Both the position numbers and the translations under genes were made by a program. From assembly GCA_958295485.1 (NCBI GenBank), contig OY282354.1:2812042-2876041 (forward strand): a stretch of 64,000 bases of DNA, in the 5' to 3' direction. The DNA is from an uncultured Gammaproteobacteria bacterium. GTDB taxonomy: Bacteria > Pseudomonadota > Gammaproteobacteria > Eutrophobiales > Eutrophobiaceae. Each line of letters starts with the position of its first letter. The first letter of the stretch is position 1. Below the pieces are notes generated by a model. The model did not search any database, had not been told where the DNA came from, and saw only the letters and a list, made by a program, of their open reading frames with translations. Below are positions 55,887 to 64,000 of the stretch, in pieces.

Positions 55887-58324
55887 GGCAGGGAAAAAGC
55901 GACTATCTGCACAAGGCCGATGAGATGTTCGGTCACCTGGGCCTTTGGATGTACGGCCACAAACTCATCGTCCTGCTGTGCGCACTGGGATTACTGAGCA
56001 CCGGTCTTTACTTCGCCGGCAAGACTCGTGCCGACAACGGTCTGGATAGTTTTTTTGATGCGACAGACACTGCCTATAACGCCTATGTAATCTACCAGGA
56101 TGAGTTCGGTTCAGACGAGGTGGCTTATATCCTTTACACGGTTCCCAACAGTCCCTACGGCCCCTTTGACCTGGACGCCATGCAGCGCATAGCGCAACTG
56201 ACCGAGGCCCTGGAATACGAGGTGCCTTTCGTAAGGGACGTAACCAGCCTGAGTAACGTGGAGTTCATCACTGCCGATGGCGATTTCCTTGAGATCCACG
56301 AGTTGGCGCTGGATATGCCGGAGGACCAGGCCGGCCTGCTGGAGCGCGGCCTGGCGATGATGCAAAAGCCCAGTTACCGTGGCGCCATCGTCAACAACGA
56401 GGCCACCCATGGCGCTATCATCCTGGAAATGACTATTTCCATCAACGATCCGCTGGACGAAATAAGACTGGACCCGGAAGGTGGCGACGGGCTGCCCAAC
56501 CTGTATCCGCAGGCGGCCAAACACAAGATCGACGAGATCCTGTCCCGGCCGGAATACACCGGTATTGACTTTTACCTGGGCGGCGATGTCCAGATGAGCA
56601 CGGCCTATAACGAGACCATCACACGTGACACGGCACGGCAAACCCTGTTGACACTGGCCCTGGTCAGTATCATTGCCATGATATGCTTCCGCATGCAGCT
56701 TCTGGGGCTGGCCGGGCCGCTTTCAGTTGTGATTCTCGCCCTGATCCTGACCATAGGCTTCATGGGCCTTGTCGGCTACGAGATGGGGATTCTGTTCCTC
56801 ATTGTGCCCACCTTCCTGACCGCCATCGGTGTTGCGCAGTCGGTACACCTGATCACCGAATTCAACCTGATGCGCGCCCGGGGCCTGGACCGGCGAGAGG
56901 CAGTAAAACAGGCCATGGAACACGTGGCCATGCCCTGCCTCCTGGCGGCATTTACCACGGCGGCAGGGTTCCTGGTCATGGCGACCTCTAAACTGCGCCC
57001 CTTGTCGGAAATAGCCGTGTACCAGAGCGTTGGTGTGATGCTTGCCTTCCTTGCCAGCATCACCGTCATGGTCTGTTACATGTCCATGGGCAAAGACAGA
57101 CCACACAAATCACTCGATCCGTCGGAGAGGAAATCCGGCCTGTTGTATTATTTCCTCCACCGCGTTGCAGCATTGAACCTTAAGCGTCCCTTCGCCATCA
57201 TGGCGGTGTTCGGTGTAATTCTGACAGGTTCCATGATCGGGATCGGCAAACTGCACGTAGGCTTCAACTTCCTGGAGGAATTCAAGCCACATACCCGGTT
57301 CCGGCTGGATACCGACTACATACAAAACGTGATGGGCGGCATGCTTAACGTGGTTTTCATCTACGACAGCGGTAAGGCCGATGGCATCAAGAGCAGCGAG
57401 ATGCTTGCCCACCTTGAAGGGCTCCAGGCCTATGCTGAGCGGTCGACCATTGTCGAAAAGAGCTACTCTGTGGTCGATATTCTCAAGGATATAAACCAGA
57501 GTTTTCACAGTGATGACCCGGCCTACTACCGACTGCCGGAAAGCGGCGAGTTAATCGCACAGTACCTGTTGTTGTATGAGATCTCCGGCGGCGAAGAACT
57601 CAGTGATTTCGTAAGTGGCGACTACCGCCGGACTGCCCTGGAACTGCGAGTGGATATTACCGATTCGAGACATATCAAGGCCTTGATCGACGACCTGGAG
57701 CGCTATATGGCGGCGCACCCTGTATCCGGCGCAGAGATCCGGACCACAGGCATGGGTTTATTATGGGTCAGGTTAGCCAGTTATATCGCCGAGAGCCAGA
57801 TGTGGTGCTACGGGCTTGCCTTCATCATAATCGCCCTGGTAATGTGCCTGGCTTTCCGTTCAGTGAAAGTTGGTCTGCTTGTCATGATTCCCAACCTGTT
57901 TCCTGCTGTTCTGGTTCTGGGCTTTATGGGCTTGAACGGCATGCAACTGGACTATTTCAAGCTGATGCTGGCGACGGTAGCCATCGGTATCGCGGTTGAC
58001 GACACGGTGCACATTTCCACCCGCATACGAAAAGAGTTCCACCGTTCCGGCAACTACGAGGAAGCCATTCGGACCAGCCTGTTGAGCACGGGCCGGGCTC
58101 TTGTCATTACCACTATCATCCTTTCACTGTCCTTCCTTGTATACACGGTTTCCGATATGGCAATACTGGCAGATTTCGGGATACTGCTATCTGCCACCAT
58201 GGTTTCGGCATTGGTCGCCGACCTGTTCCTGTTACCTTGCCTGGTGCTGGTGCTGAAGCCCTTTGGGTCGGAATACGAACCGGCCACTGTCAGTGATCCA
58301 GCGCCCGCAGCCCACACATTATGA
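55883..58324 (+). CDS. RND-superfamily exporter of the MMPL/HpnN-like type
   Basis: 813 aa with two 6-TM bundles, each followed by a sterol-sensing-domain-like region, and two large periplasmic loops. Confidence 0.8.
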   Translation: MRQGKSDYLHKADEMFGHLGLWMYGHKLIVLLCALGLLSTGLYFAGKTRADNGLDSFFDATDTAYNAYVIYQDEFGSDEVAYILYTVPNSPYGPFDLDAMQRIAQLTEALEYEVPFVRDVTSLSNVEFITADGDFLEIHELALDMPEDQAGLLERGLAMMQKPSYRGAIVNNEATHGAIILEMTISINDPLDEIRLDPEGGDGLPNLYPQAAKHKIDEILSRPEYTGIDFYLGGDVQMSTAYNETITRDTARQTLLTLALVSIIAMICFRMQLLGLAGPLSVVILALILTIGFMGLVGYEMGILFLIVPTFLTAIGVAQSVHLITEFNLMRARGLDRREAVKQAMEHVAMPCLLAAFTTAAGFLVMATSKLRPLSEIAVYQSVGVMLAFLASITVMVCYMSMGKDRPHKSLDPSERKSGLLYYFLHRVAALNLKRPFAIMAVFGVILTGSMIGIGKLHVGFNFLEEFKPHTRFRLDTDYIQNVMGGMLNVVFIYDSGKADGIKSSEMLAHLEGLQAYAERSTIVEKSYSVVDILKDINQSFHSDDPAYYRLPESGELIAQYLLLYEISGGEELSDFVSGDYRRTALELRVDITDSRHIKALIDDLERYMAAHPVSGAEIRTTGMGLLWVRLASYIAESQMWCYGLAFIIIALVMCLAFRSVKVGLLVMIPNLFPAVLVLGFMGLNGMQLDYFKLMLATVAIGIAVDDTVHISTRIRKEFHRSGNYEEAIRTSLLSTGRALVITTIILSLSFLVYTVSDMAILADFGILLSATMVSALVADLFLLPCLVLVLKPFGSEYEPATVSDPAPAAHTL

Positions 58325-58333
58325 GAGATCGTC

Positions 58334-59131
58334 ATGTTTGCAAAGAAATACATGTATTTGATTACCCTGGCCATGAGCTCCCCGGCGCTTGCGCAGGCGG
58401 TCCATGATCGGGACGCCGTGGAAAAAGGCATCGCCATCGCCGCCGAAGCAGATCGCCGCGACAGCGGTTACGTGGACAGCGAGGAGTCCTTCACCATGGT
58501 GCTGCGGGACAGCAAGGGGCGCGAGCGTTTTCGTACCCTGCGCACGAAAACCCTGGAACGCACTGATGACGGCGACTGGAGCCTGACCATCTTCGACGAA
58601 CCGGCGGACGTTAAAGGCACCGCCATGCTCACCTACAGCCACGGCCTGGAGCCTGACGACCAGTGGCTTTACCTGCCGGCCTTAAAACGCGTGAAACGTA
58701 TTTCCTCCAAAAATCGCTCCGGGCCGTTCATGGGCAGCGAGTTTGCCTTTGAGGATTTGAGCGACTTCGAGTTGGAAAAATACAGCTATCGATACCTGCG
58801 TGATGAGCCGTGTGGCGAGCACAGCTGTTTTGTCTCCGAGTGGGTGCCCGCCTATGAGCACTCCGGTTACACCCGGATCGAAGTCTGGCACGACCGGGAG
58901 GAATACCGTGAGCAAAAAATAGAGTTCTACGATAAAGTCGGCAAGCACCTGAAAACACTGGTGCTTAACGACTACTCACTTTACCGGGAACGCTTCTGGC
59001 GCCCCCTGAAGATGGAGATGACCAACCACAAGACAGGCAAGGCCACCCTGCTCCACTTCAACAATATTGAGTTGGGAGCAGGTCTGACCGAGCGTGAGTT
59101 CGACCAGAACTCCCTCAGGCGTGCCAAGTAA
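58334..59131 (+). CDS. LolA-like outer-membrane lipoprotein-sorting-fold protein (DUF1329-type)
   Basis: Signal peptide. The size and the blocks ...LYLPALKRVKRISS...GSEFAFEDL... are recalled from DUF1329 proteins that partner MMPL exporters. Confidence 0.6.
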   Translation: MFAKKYMYLITLAMSSPALAQAVHDRDAVEKGIAIAAEADRRDSGYVDSEESFTMVLRDSKGRERFRTLRTKTLERTDDGDWSLTIFDEPADVKGTAMLTYSHGLEPDDQWLYLPALKRVKRISSKNRSGPFMGSEFAFEDLSDFELEKYSYRYLRDEPCGEHSCFVSEWVPAYEHSGYTRIEVWHDREEYREQKIEFYDKVGKHLKTLVLNDYSLYRERFWRPLKMEMTNHKTGKATLLHFNNIELGAGLTEREFDQNSLRRAK

Positions 59132-60350
59132 CCGTTTCGGTACCGGCGCCAGGCTATCCGGCGCTATCCTGGCCGGTATCCTGGCTACACCCGCCGCCAT
59201 TGCAATGGATCCGGAGAAAATGCAGTGGTCCGGCCACGTGGGCGGGGAGTACCGGTATTTCACGGATGCCGGCGCCGGCGGGGCACGCTACCAGCACAAT
59301 TTTTCCCTTGTCGCCGAACCGGAGCTTTACTATCCCGTCCGCGCCTCCGGCGACAGCCTGCGTCTCACGGCGTTCCTGCGCCTGGACGAGCACGATGATG
59401 AGCGCTCCCATGGTGACATACGCGAAATGAAGTGGCACAAGGTGGCGGACCGCTGGGAATTGACCCTGGGAGTCGACCGGATATTCTGGGGTGTCACCGA
59501 GACCATTCACCTGGTAAATATCATAAACCAGCAGGACTTTGTGGAGAACCCGGATGGCGAGGACCTGCTCGGGCAACCCATGATACGCCTCGAGCTTGTG
59601 CGGGACTGGGGAACACTGGGTTTATTTGTCCTGCCCTACTTCCGTGAACGTTCCTATCCCGGCACAGAAGGACGCCCGGGATCCGCCCTCGTGGTGAACA
59701 CCGACAATCCCGTTTATGAGTCCGGCACGGAACAATGGCACACGGACTTTGCCCTGCGCTGGAGCCACTATATCGGCAACTGGGACCTGGGCGCTTCCTA
59801 TTTCTACGGCACCAGCCGCGAGCCGCGCTTCGACCCGATGTTCTCAAGTATAACGAAGCAAGGCGTAACAACCCTGCGGCCTGTCTACGATATCATTCAC
59901 CAGGCGGGTGTTGACGTGCAGGGCACCTTCGATGCGTGGTTGTGGAAGCTGGAGGCCATCTACCGGGATGGGCAGGACGATGCGTTTTTCGCCGGCGCCG
60001 TCGGACTGGAATACACCTTCTTCGATATCTCCGGCCACGGTATCGATATCGGCCTGGTCACCGAGTATCTCTACGATGAGCGGACATTTTTCATCAGTAC
60101 CGATAATGATCTCAGCCTGGGCATGAGACTGACATTGAACGATATCGATTCGACCGAATTTCTGGCCGCCGTGGTGCAGGACCTGGACAATCAGTCACGC
60201 TATTTCTTTGTGGAGGCCAGCCGGCGTATCGGGGATTCCTTCAAACTCTCCGTGGAAGCCCGCGGCATTAACAACGTCGCTGAGGGTGACCCCCTGCAAT
60301 TCTATGACGGCGACAATTTTATCCAGGTGGAGCTGGCGTACTACTTCTGA
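59094..60350 (+). CDS. outer-membrane beta-barrel protein (DUF1302-like) partnering the MMPL exporter
   Basis: Signal peptide (AILAGILATPAAIA) and alternating-hydrophobic beta-strand pattern. The C-terminal ...IQVELAYYF ends in an aromatic residue. Confidence 0.5.
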   Translation: MSSTRTPSGVPSNRFGTGARLSGAILAGILATPAAIAMDPEKMQWSGHVGGEYRYFTDAGAGGARYQHNFSLVAEPELYYPVRASGDSLRLTAFLRLDEHDDERSHGDIREMKWHKVADRWELTLGVDRIFWGVTETIHLVNIINQQDFVENPDGEDLLGQPMIRLELVRDWGTLGLFVLPYFRERSYPGTEGRPGSALVVNTDNPVYESGTEQWHTDFALRWSHYIGNWDLGASYFYGTSREPRFDPMFSSITKQGVTTLRPVYDIIHQAGVDVQGTFDAWLWKLEAIYRDGQDDAFFAGAVGLEYTFFDISGHGIDIGLVTEYLYDERTFFISTDNDLSLGMRLTLNDIDSTEFLAAVVQDLDNQSRYFFVEASRRIGDSFKLSVEARGINNVAEGDPLQFYDGDNFIQVELAYYF

Positions 60351-60351
60351 A

Positions 60352-60564
60352 ATTATGCCTCCGGTTGGCTCTCAGTGTTCTTACAATGTCGTCAACGCCG
60401 AAATTTCTCTAAGTAGTGCCGACGAAAGGTGGAAATTTAAAATTTGGGCAAAAAATCTGTTTGAAGAAGACTATTCCATATTTACCAACACAGGTCAGTT
60501 TGGTGATCTGGTGGCATTTGCACCACCACGCGTTGCGGGTGCCAGAGTAGAATTTAATTTCTAA
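60352..60564 (+). pseudogene. C-terminal about 70-aa remnant of a TonB-dependent receptor
   Basis: It translates to MPPVGSQCSYNVVNAEISLSSADERWKFKIWAKNLFEEDYSIFTNTGQFGDLVAFAPPRVAGARVEFNF*. This is the canonical last beta-strands and terminal Phe of TBDRs, with no upstream barrel or plug. Confidence 0.55.
60354..60376. repeat. 23-bp direct repeat, left copy (TATGCCTCCGGTTGGCTCTCAGT)
   Basis: 22/23 identical to 63080-63102. Confidence 0.7.
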
Positions 60565-60584
60565 TATTCTTACGACATCTTCAT

Positions 60585-61679
60585 CTATTCATCCATTTTT
60601 AATATAGGTTTGATTGTTTTACCGGAATGGGTGTCGGCAACCGCTTCGTTGATCTGCTCCAACGAATAAAAACCCGCGAGCTTGTCCATAGGGAATGAAC
60701 CGTCAAGATACATTTCTATCAATTGCGGAATAATTGCAACTGGATCGCAATCACCATTTACCACACCACGAATGACTTTACCGCTTATCAGTGGTAGCAC
60801 ATTTAGTGTAACCTGCGGTTCCTTCGAGGCACCAAGCAAGGTCAATGTTCCACGTGTTTTTAAAGCGTCAGCCGCAGTAGAGATAAGCGCCGGTACACCG
60901 CTGGTATCAACACCTTGATCAATCCCGCCCAGTTCTGCCAGTTCGCCGGCAAGATCCTGGTCCGCAGTATTAATAGAATCACTGGCTCCAAGCTCACGTG
61001 CCAAAGCAAGACGGCTCTCAACTCGGTCCACTGCAATAATTTTGCCTGCATTCATGGCTTTCGCAGCCATCAAGGCCGCCATACCGACGGCACCGGCGCC
61101 AAATACAGCAAGTGTCGTGTCCGGCCCTGGTCTTAATACATTCATCACTGTACCGGCACCTGTTAAATAACCACAGCCTAGTGGCCCCATGAGCTCCAGT
61201 GGTACGTCCTTACGGATCTTGATGGCATTCCGCGCCTGCGCTAGAGAGTAAGTTGCAAAGGAAGACTGGGAAAAAAAACCACCGCCAATGGCTTCTCCAC
61301 TTTCGGCATGCAATGTGGGTGAACCATCCAGACGACGCCCCATGAAATTTAAAGGCATGTACTGCTCACAATAGGCTGGGTGTGAATCGCTACAGGGAGC
61401 ACAGGCCCCGCAGGTATTGAATGTAAGAACGACGTGATCACCCGGCTCATAGCCGCTGACATTGGCCCCCACTTTTTCGACTACACCTGCACCTTCATGT
61501 CCAAGTACAAAGGGAAGCGGCAAAGGCATGATCTGGTCGACGATTGACAAATCCGTATGACAAATTCCAGTGGCGACGATCTGCACCAATAATTCATCGT
61601 CATTTGGGTCTGCCAGATCTATTCCTTCTACACTAAATTGACCTCCTGCCTCCCGTGCAACAGCAGCTTTTATTTTCAT
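60585..61679 (-). CDS. zinc-dependent alcohol dehydrogenase (aryl/benzyl-alcohol dehydrogenase-like MDR)
   Basis: GICHTDLS and GHEGAGVVEKVG zinc-site motifs. Structural zinc cysteines CGACAPC. GAGAVG Rossmann motif. Confidence 0.85.
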   Translation of the reverse strand: MKIKAAVAREAGGQFSVEGIDLADPNDDELLVQIVATGICHTDLSIVDQIMPLPLPFVLGHEGAGVVEKVGANVSGYEPGDHVVLTFNTCGACAPCSDSHPAYCEQYMPLNFMGRRLDGSPTLHAESGEAIGGGFFSQSSFATYSLAQARNAIKIRKDVPLELMGPLGCGYLTGAGTVMNVLRPGPDTTLAVFGAGAVGMAALMAAKAMNAGKIIAVDRVESRLALARELGASDSINTADQDLAGELAELGGIDQGVDTSGVPALISTAADALKTRGTLTLLGASKEPQVTLNVLPLISGKVIRGVVNGDCDPVAIIPQLIEMYLDGSFPMDKLAGFYSLEQINEAVADTHSGKTIKPILKMDE

Positions 61680-61705
61680 ATTACTTCCCCCTGAGTCCGT
61701 CTTGC

Positions 61706-62953
61706 TTAATTACGTTCGCTTATTATCATTGGTAGTGTTTCAAGACCCCGGAAGGCCATGGGCGGTGAAAAATCCAACTCATCATTTACCAAACTAAATT
61801 CAAAACGCTCGATAAAGGCAGGAAAAAATTCACTCAATACCATCTTTGCAAGGCGAAGACCAATACAGTGATGCATGCCCGGTGCAAATACCAGGTTTTG
61901 GCCCTGATCCCGTTCAAAATTAAATTCATGAGGCTCAGCAAACACAGACGGATCCTGGTTTGCTGCACTTTGAAAAAGCAACACAAATTGTCCTTTCTTT
62001 ATTATATTTCCATCCCACTCAAAATCTTCCGCGACAACCCGAGACATGAAGGTCGACATCTGTGCGCGCCGTTGAATCTCCATTATCGCATCTATGTCAA
62101 TATCGTCGGATTGTCGTAACTTGTCGATAGATTCAGGCTGACGAGCCAGTTCAGCCACACCCAATGCCATGGTATTCACAGTCGTGTCATGACCGGCAAT
62201 CAACACAATATGGCAAACGCCAAGCATCTCTTCCTCTGTTAACTTATCTCCCGCATCAACCGCCAATACCAATTCGGAAATAAAATCGCCGGTGGGATTT
62301 TTGCGTTTTTCCTCAAACTTGGGTTTGAATAATTCGTTCAACTCATTGATGACGCCGTCAACCTTGAATAATTGCTCAAGCGGTACATTGATGTTACCGA
62401 TGGTATTCAAGTCGATTGACCAGCGTTGCATCTCGTTAATCAATGTATCGTCAAAGTCACAGACCTTCAGGATCATGCGAGCCGGAATGATGCGTGCCAC
62501 GTTTTCAACAAATTCAACCGGGCCATCTATTTCTGCAACCGCATCCAGCGCCTCCTTAATATAGCGCTGCACATCAGGACGAATCGCTTCTACCACTGCG
62601 CGCCCAAATGCCCTTTGAATCAAGCGACGTATTCTCTGGTGCTCGTCACCGTCCATGTTCAGCAGCCAGGTCTTCGGCGTCTGCATCACAGCAGGAATCT
62701 GCGTCCTCTCTTCATCGCTCAGGTGTGCGGTGGCAAAAAACGGCAACCTCTCATTGGATAGTGGGAGTTTTCCCGAATAACCCATGAGAACTTCGCAATG
62801 ACCCGTCACCATCCAGGCCTGGTTGATCTCACTCCAGTATATCGGGCTGGTCTTTCGTAAATCGTCCAGGCGTTCTGTCAGGGAACTACCCAGGCTCTGT
62901 ATGTCCAGTGGGAAATCCAGCTCGCTGGCAACACTTTGACTAGGACCGGTCAT
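61706..62953 (-). CDS. cytochrome P450 monooxygenase
   Basis: I-helix AGHDTT, EXXR, and heme-ligand loop FAPGMHHCIGLRLA. 415 aa. Confidence 0.9.
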   Translation of the reverse strand: MTGPSQSVASELDFPLDIQSLGSSLTERLDDLRKTSPIYWSEINQAWMVTGHCEVLMGYSGKLPLSNERLPFFATAHLSDEERTQIPAVMQTPKTWLLNMDGDEHQRIRRLIQRAFGRAVVEAIRPDVQRYIKEALDAVAEIDGPVEFVENVARIIPARMILKVCDFDDTLINEMQRWSIDLNTIGNINVPLEQLFKVDGVINELNELFKPKFEEKRKNPTGDFISELVLAVDAGDKLTEEEMLGVCHIVLIAGHDTTVNTMALGVAELARQPESIDKLRQSDDIDIDAIMEIQRRAQMSTFMSRVVAEDFEWDGNIIKKGQFVLLFQSAANQDPSVFAEPHEFNFERDQGQNLVFAPGMHHCIGLRLAKMVLSEFFPAFIERFEFSLVNDELDFSPPMAFRGLETLPMIISERN

Positions 62954-63079
62954 GTCTAAAACTCCTTGCGGGATGTTTAGGAACGAATAATTTTAACCCA
63001 TATTATAACAAACGCTATACAAAAAAGTTATCACCAGCCCGGATGTTGTGCAAGTAACTTATAAGGCGCAGTAATTGGG

Positions 63080-63102
63080 TATGCCTCCGGTTGGCTCCCA
63101 GT
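63080..63102. repeat. 23-bp direct repeat, right copy (TATGCCTCCGGTTGGCTCCCAGT)
   Basis: Matches 60354-60376. Here it is followed by only 8 further sense codons before a stop. Confidence 0.7.
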
Positions 63103-63194
63103 ACGTTCGTTGAGTTTAACGGGCAGGCGTTCAAGGCCGCGCAACGACATGGCAGGAGAGAATACAAAGTCCAGACTATCCCGTATCCGGTCAG

Positions 63195-63965
63195 TCAAAG
63201 CTGCCAACCCCCATCGACGGCCAGGTTCACACCCGATATGTACCTGCCTTTTTCTGATGCCAGGAAGACTACCGCATTGGCGATGTCTTCAGGTGTACCC
63301 AGGTTACCCAGGGGGACTTGCGCGGTAATCGCCTTGATGGCCTTCTCGTCCATCTGGCCGTCCATACCTCTTGCCAGTTTTCCTCCTGCCAACCAGCCCG
63401 AACGGATGCTGTTTGCCCGGATGCCATAGCGACCATTTTCCCTGGCCACCACCTCCAGCAGGTTCTCAATGGCTGCCTTGGGCGCGCTGGAGAGCACACT
63501 CTTCGGCAGGTGTCGTGTCGCCTGGGTGGTGGTCACTGCGGTAATACTGCCGCCGCCGGTATCCTTCAATACGGGAAGCGCAGCCTGGATCAGGTTGAAA
63601 CAGGCATGGGTGTCCTGCGTAAAGATGTTTTTCCAGGCTTCCAGACTTGTGGAACCGACAAAATCTATGGGTATTGCCGGACCTGCTGCATACACAACGC
63701 TATGGACGGCGACGTACTTTTCCTTGACCTGCTGCATAAATGAATGGGTGGCAGCCTCATCATGCAAAGCCAGTTGATAGTAGTCCACTGCAATGTCTGA
63801 AGATATACAGGATTGCATTACCTGTCGCGCCCCCTGCTCGTTCAGGTGATAGGTGAACGCCACCGGCGATCCCGACCTCGCAAACGCCTCTACGATTGCC
63901 GCGCCGATCCCCCCGCTACCGCCGGCCACAACCGCAACCCCCTCTTTAAACTCCTTTACACCCAT
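63195..63965 (-). CDS. SDR-family oxidoreductase
   Basis: VAVVAGGSGGIGAAIV Rossmann motif and YAAGPA... catalytic region. 256 aa. Confidence 0.8.
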   Translation of the reverse strand: MGVKEFKEGVAVVAGGSGGIGAAIVEAFARSGSPVAFTYHLNEQGARQVMQSCISSDIAVDYYQLALHDEAATHSFMQQVKEKYVAVHSVVYAAGPAIPIDFVGSTSLEAWKNIFTQDTHACFNLIQAALPVLKDTGGGSITAVTTTQATRHLPKSVLSSAPKAAIENLLEVVARENGRYGIRANSIRSGWLAGGKLARGMDGQMDEKAIKAITAQVPLGNLGTPEDIANAVVFLASEKGRYISGVNLAVDGGWQL

Positions 63966-64000
63966 TATTCATTCAGCGCCAGATACGGCGATCAATCAGC

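Noticed and set aside
56111-56641. 176-aa minus-strand ORF within the MMPL exporter gene
   Set aside because: It is an antisense overlap with an 813-aa ORF of clear transporter topology.

Overview
This 64 kb window is a mostly protein-coding bacterial chromosomal segment. Gene content suggests a Gram-negative proteobacterium, probably gammaproteobacterial: lptF/lptG, gltX followed by tRNA-Ala and an enterobacterial-type tRNA-Glu, a DUF1302/DUF1329/MMPL trio, and TonB-dependent receptors. It mixes housekeeping genes with several accessory blocks. In order along the window:

- **1-6.7 kb:** the tail of a surface-glycan locus. It holds a WecA/WbpL-type initiating transferase, an unusual sulfotransferase-glycosyltransferase fusion, a large polytopic membrane protein, and Ugd plus a UDP-GlcA 4-epimerase-like enzyme.
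- **6.9-22.7 kb:** a LacI-regulated sugar and sugar-acid oxidative catabolism locus in three operons, with a TonB-dependent receptor. A perfect 16-bp palindrome ATGGTAACGTTACCAT recurs at its promoters. A 281-bp tandem duplication has copied the receptor's promoter, operator and signal-peptide start.
- **22.8-26.9 kb:** a housekeeping island with tRNA-Glu, tRNA-Ala, gltX, cysC (APS kinase) and a 3-hydroxyacyl-CoA dehydrogenase.
- **27.0-28.8 kb:** a cofE-cofD (F420-type) pair.
- **28.8-34.6 kb:** lipid A/LPS-related genes around lptFG, including an AspH/LpxO-like hydroxylase, a Tam41-like nucleotidyltransferase candidate, a metallophosphoesterase and a LicC-like nucleotidyltransferase.
- **34.6-37.9 kb:** a 937-aa serralysin-family RTX metalloprotease. 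It carries about seven near-identical 264-bp tandem repeats and has no adjacent T1SS genes. A small secreted protein sits directly upstream.
- **38.9-46.5 kb:** the most striking block, a gene set matching bacterial ceramide/sphingolipid biosynthesis. It comprises a serine palmitoyltransferase, an ACP, a fatty-acyl-AMP-ligase-type acyl-ACP synthetase, an epimerase-family reductase, a divergently transcribed ~380-aa GNAT-fold candidate ceramide synthase, a HIT protein and a MOP-family flippase.
- **46.5-53.3 kb:** an XdhC-like gene, then metY, an alpha/beta hydrolase and a metF-like reductase, then a Sel1 protein, tandem structured hairpin repeats that differ by a compensatory base pair, and a DUF2064/GT2 pair.
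- **53.7-64 kb:** a tRNA-Arg(CCU) with a 45-codon integrase N-terminal remnant, followed by apparent island cargo. The cargo is a PTP-like phosphatase, a TetR + MMPL/RND + LolA-like + outer-membrane-barrel operon, a TonB-dependent receptor C-terminal remnant, and a Zn-ADH and cytochrome P450 bracketed by 23-bp direct repeats. A final SDR gene closes the window.

All calls rest on reading the translated ORFs and the DNA by eye. No database searches were run.
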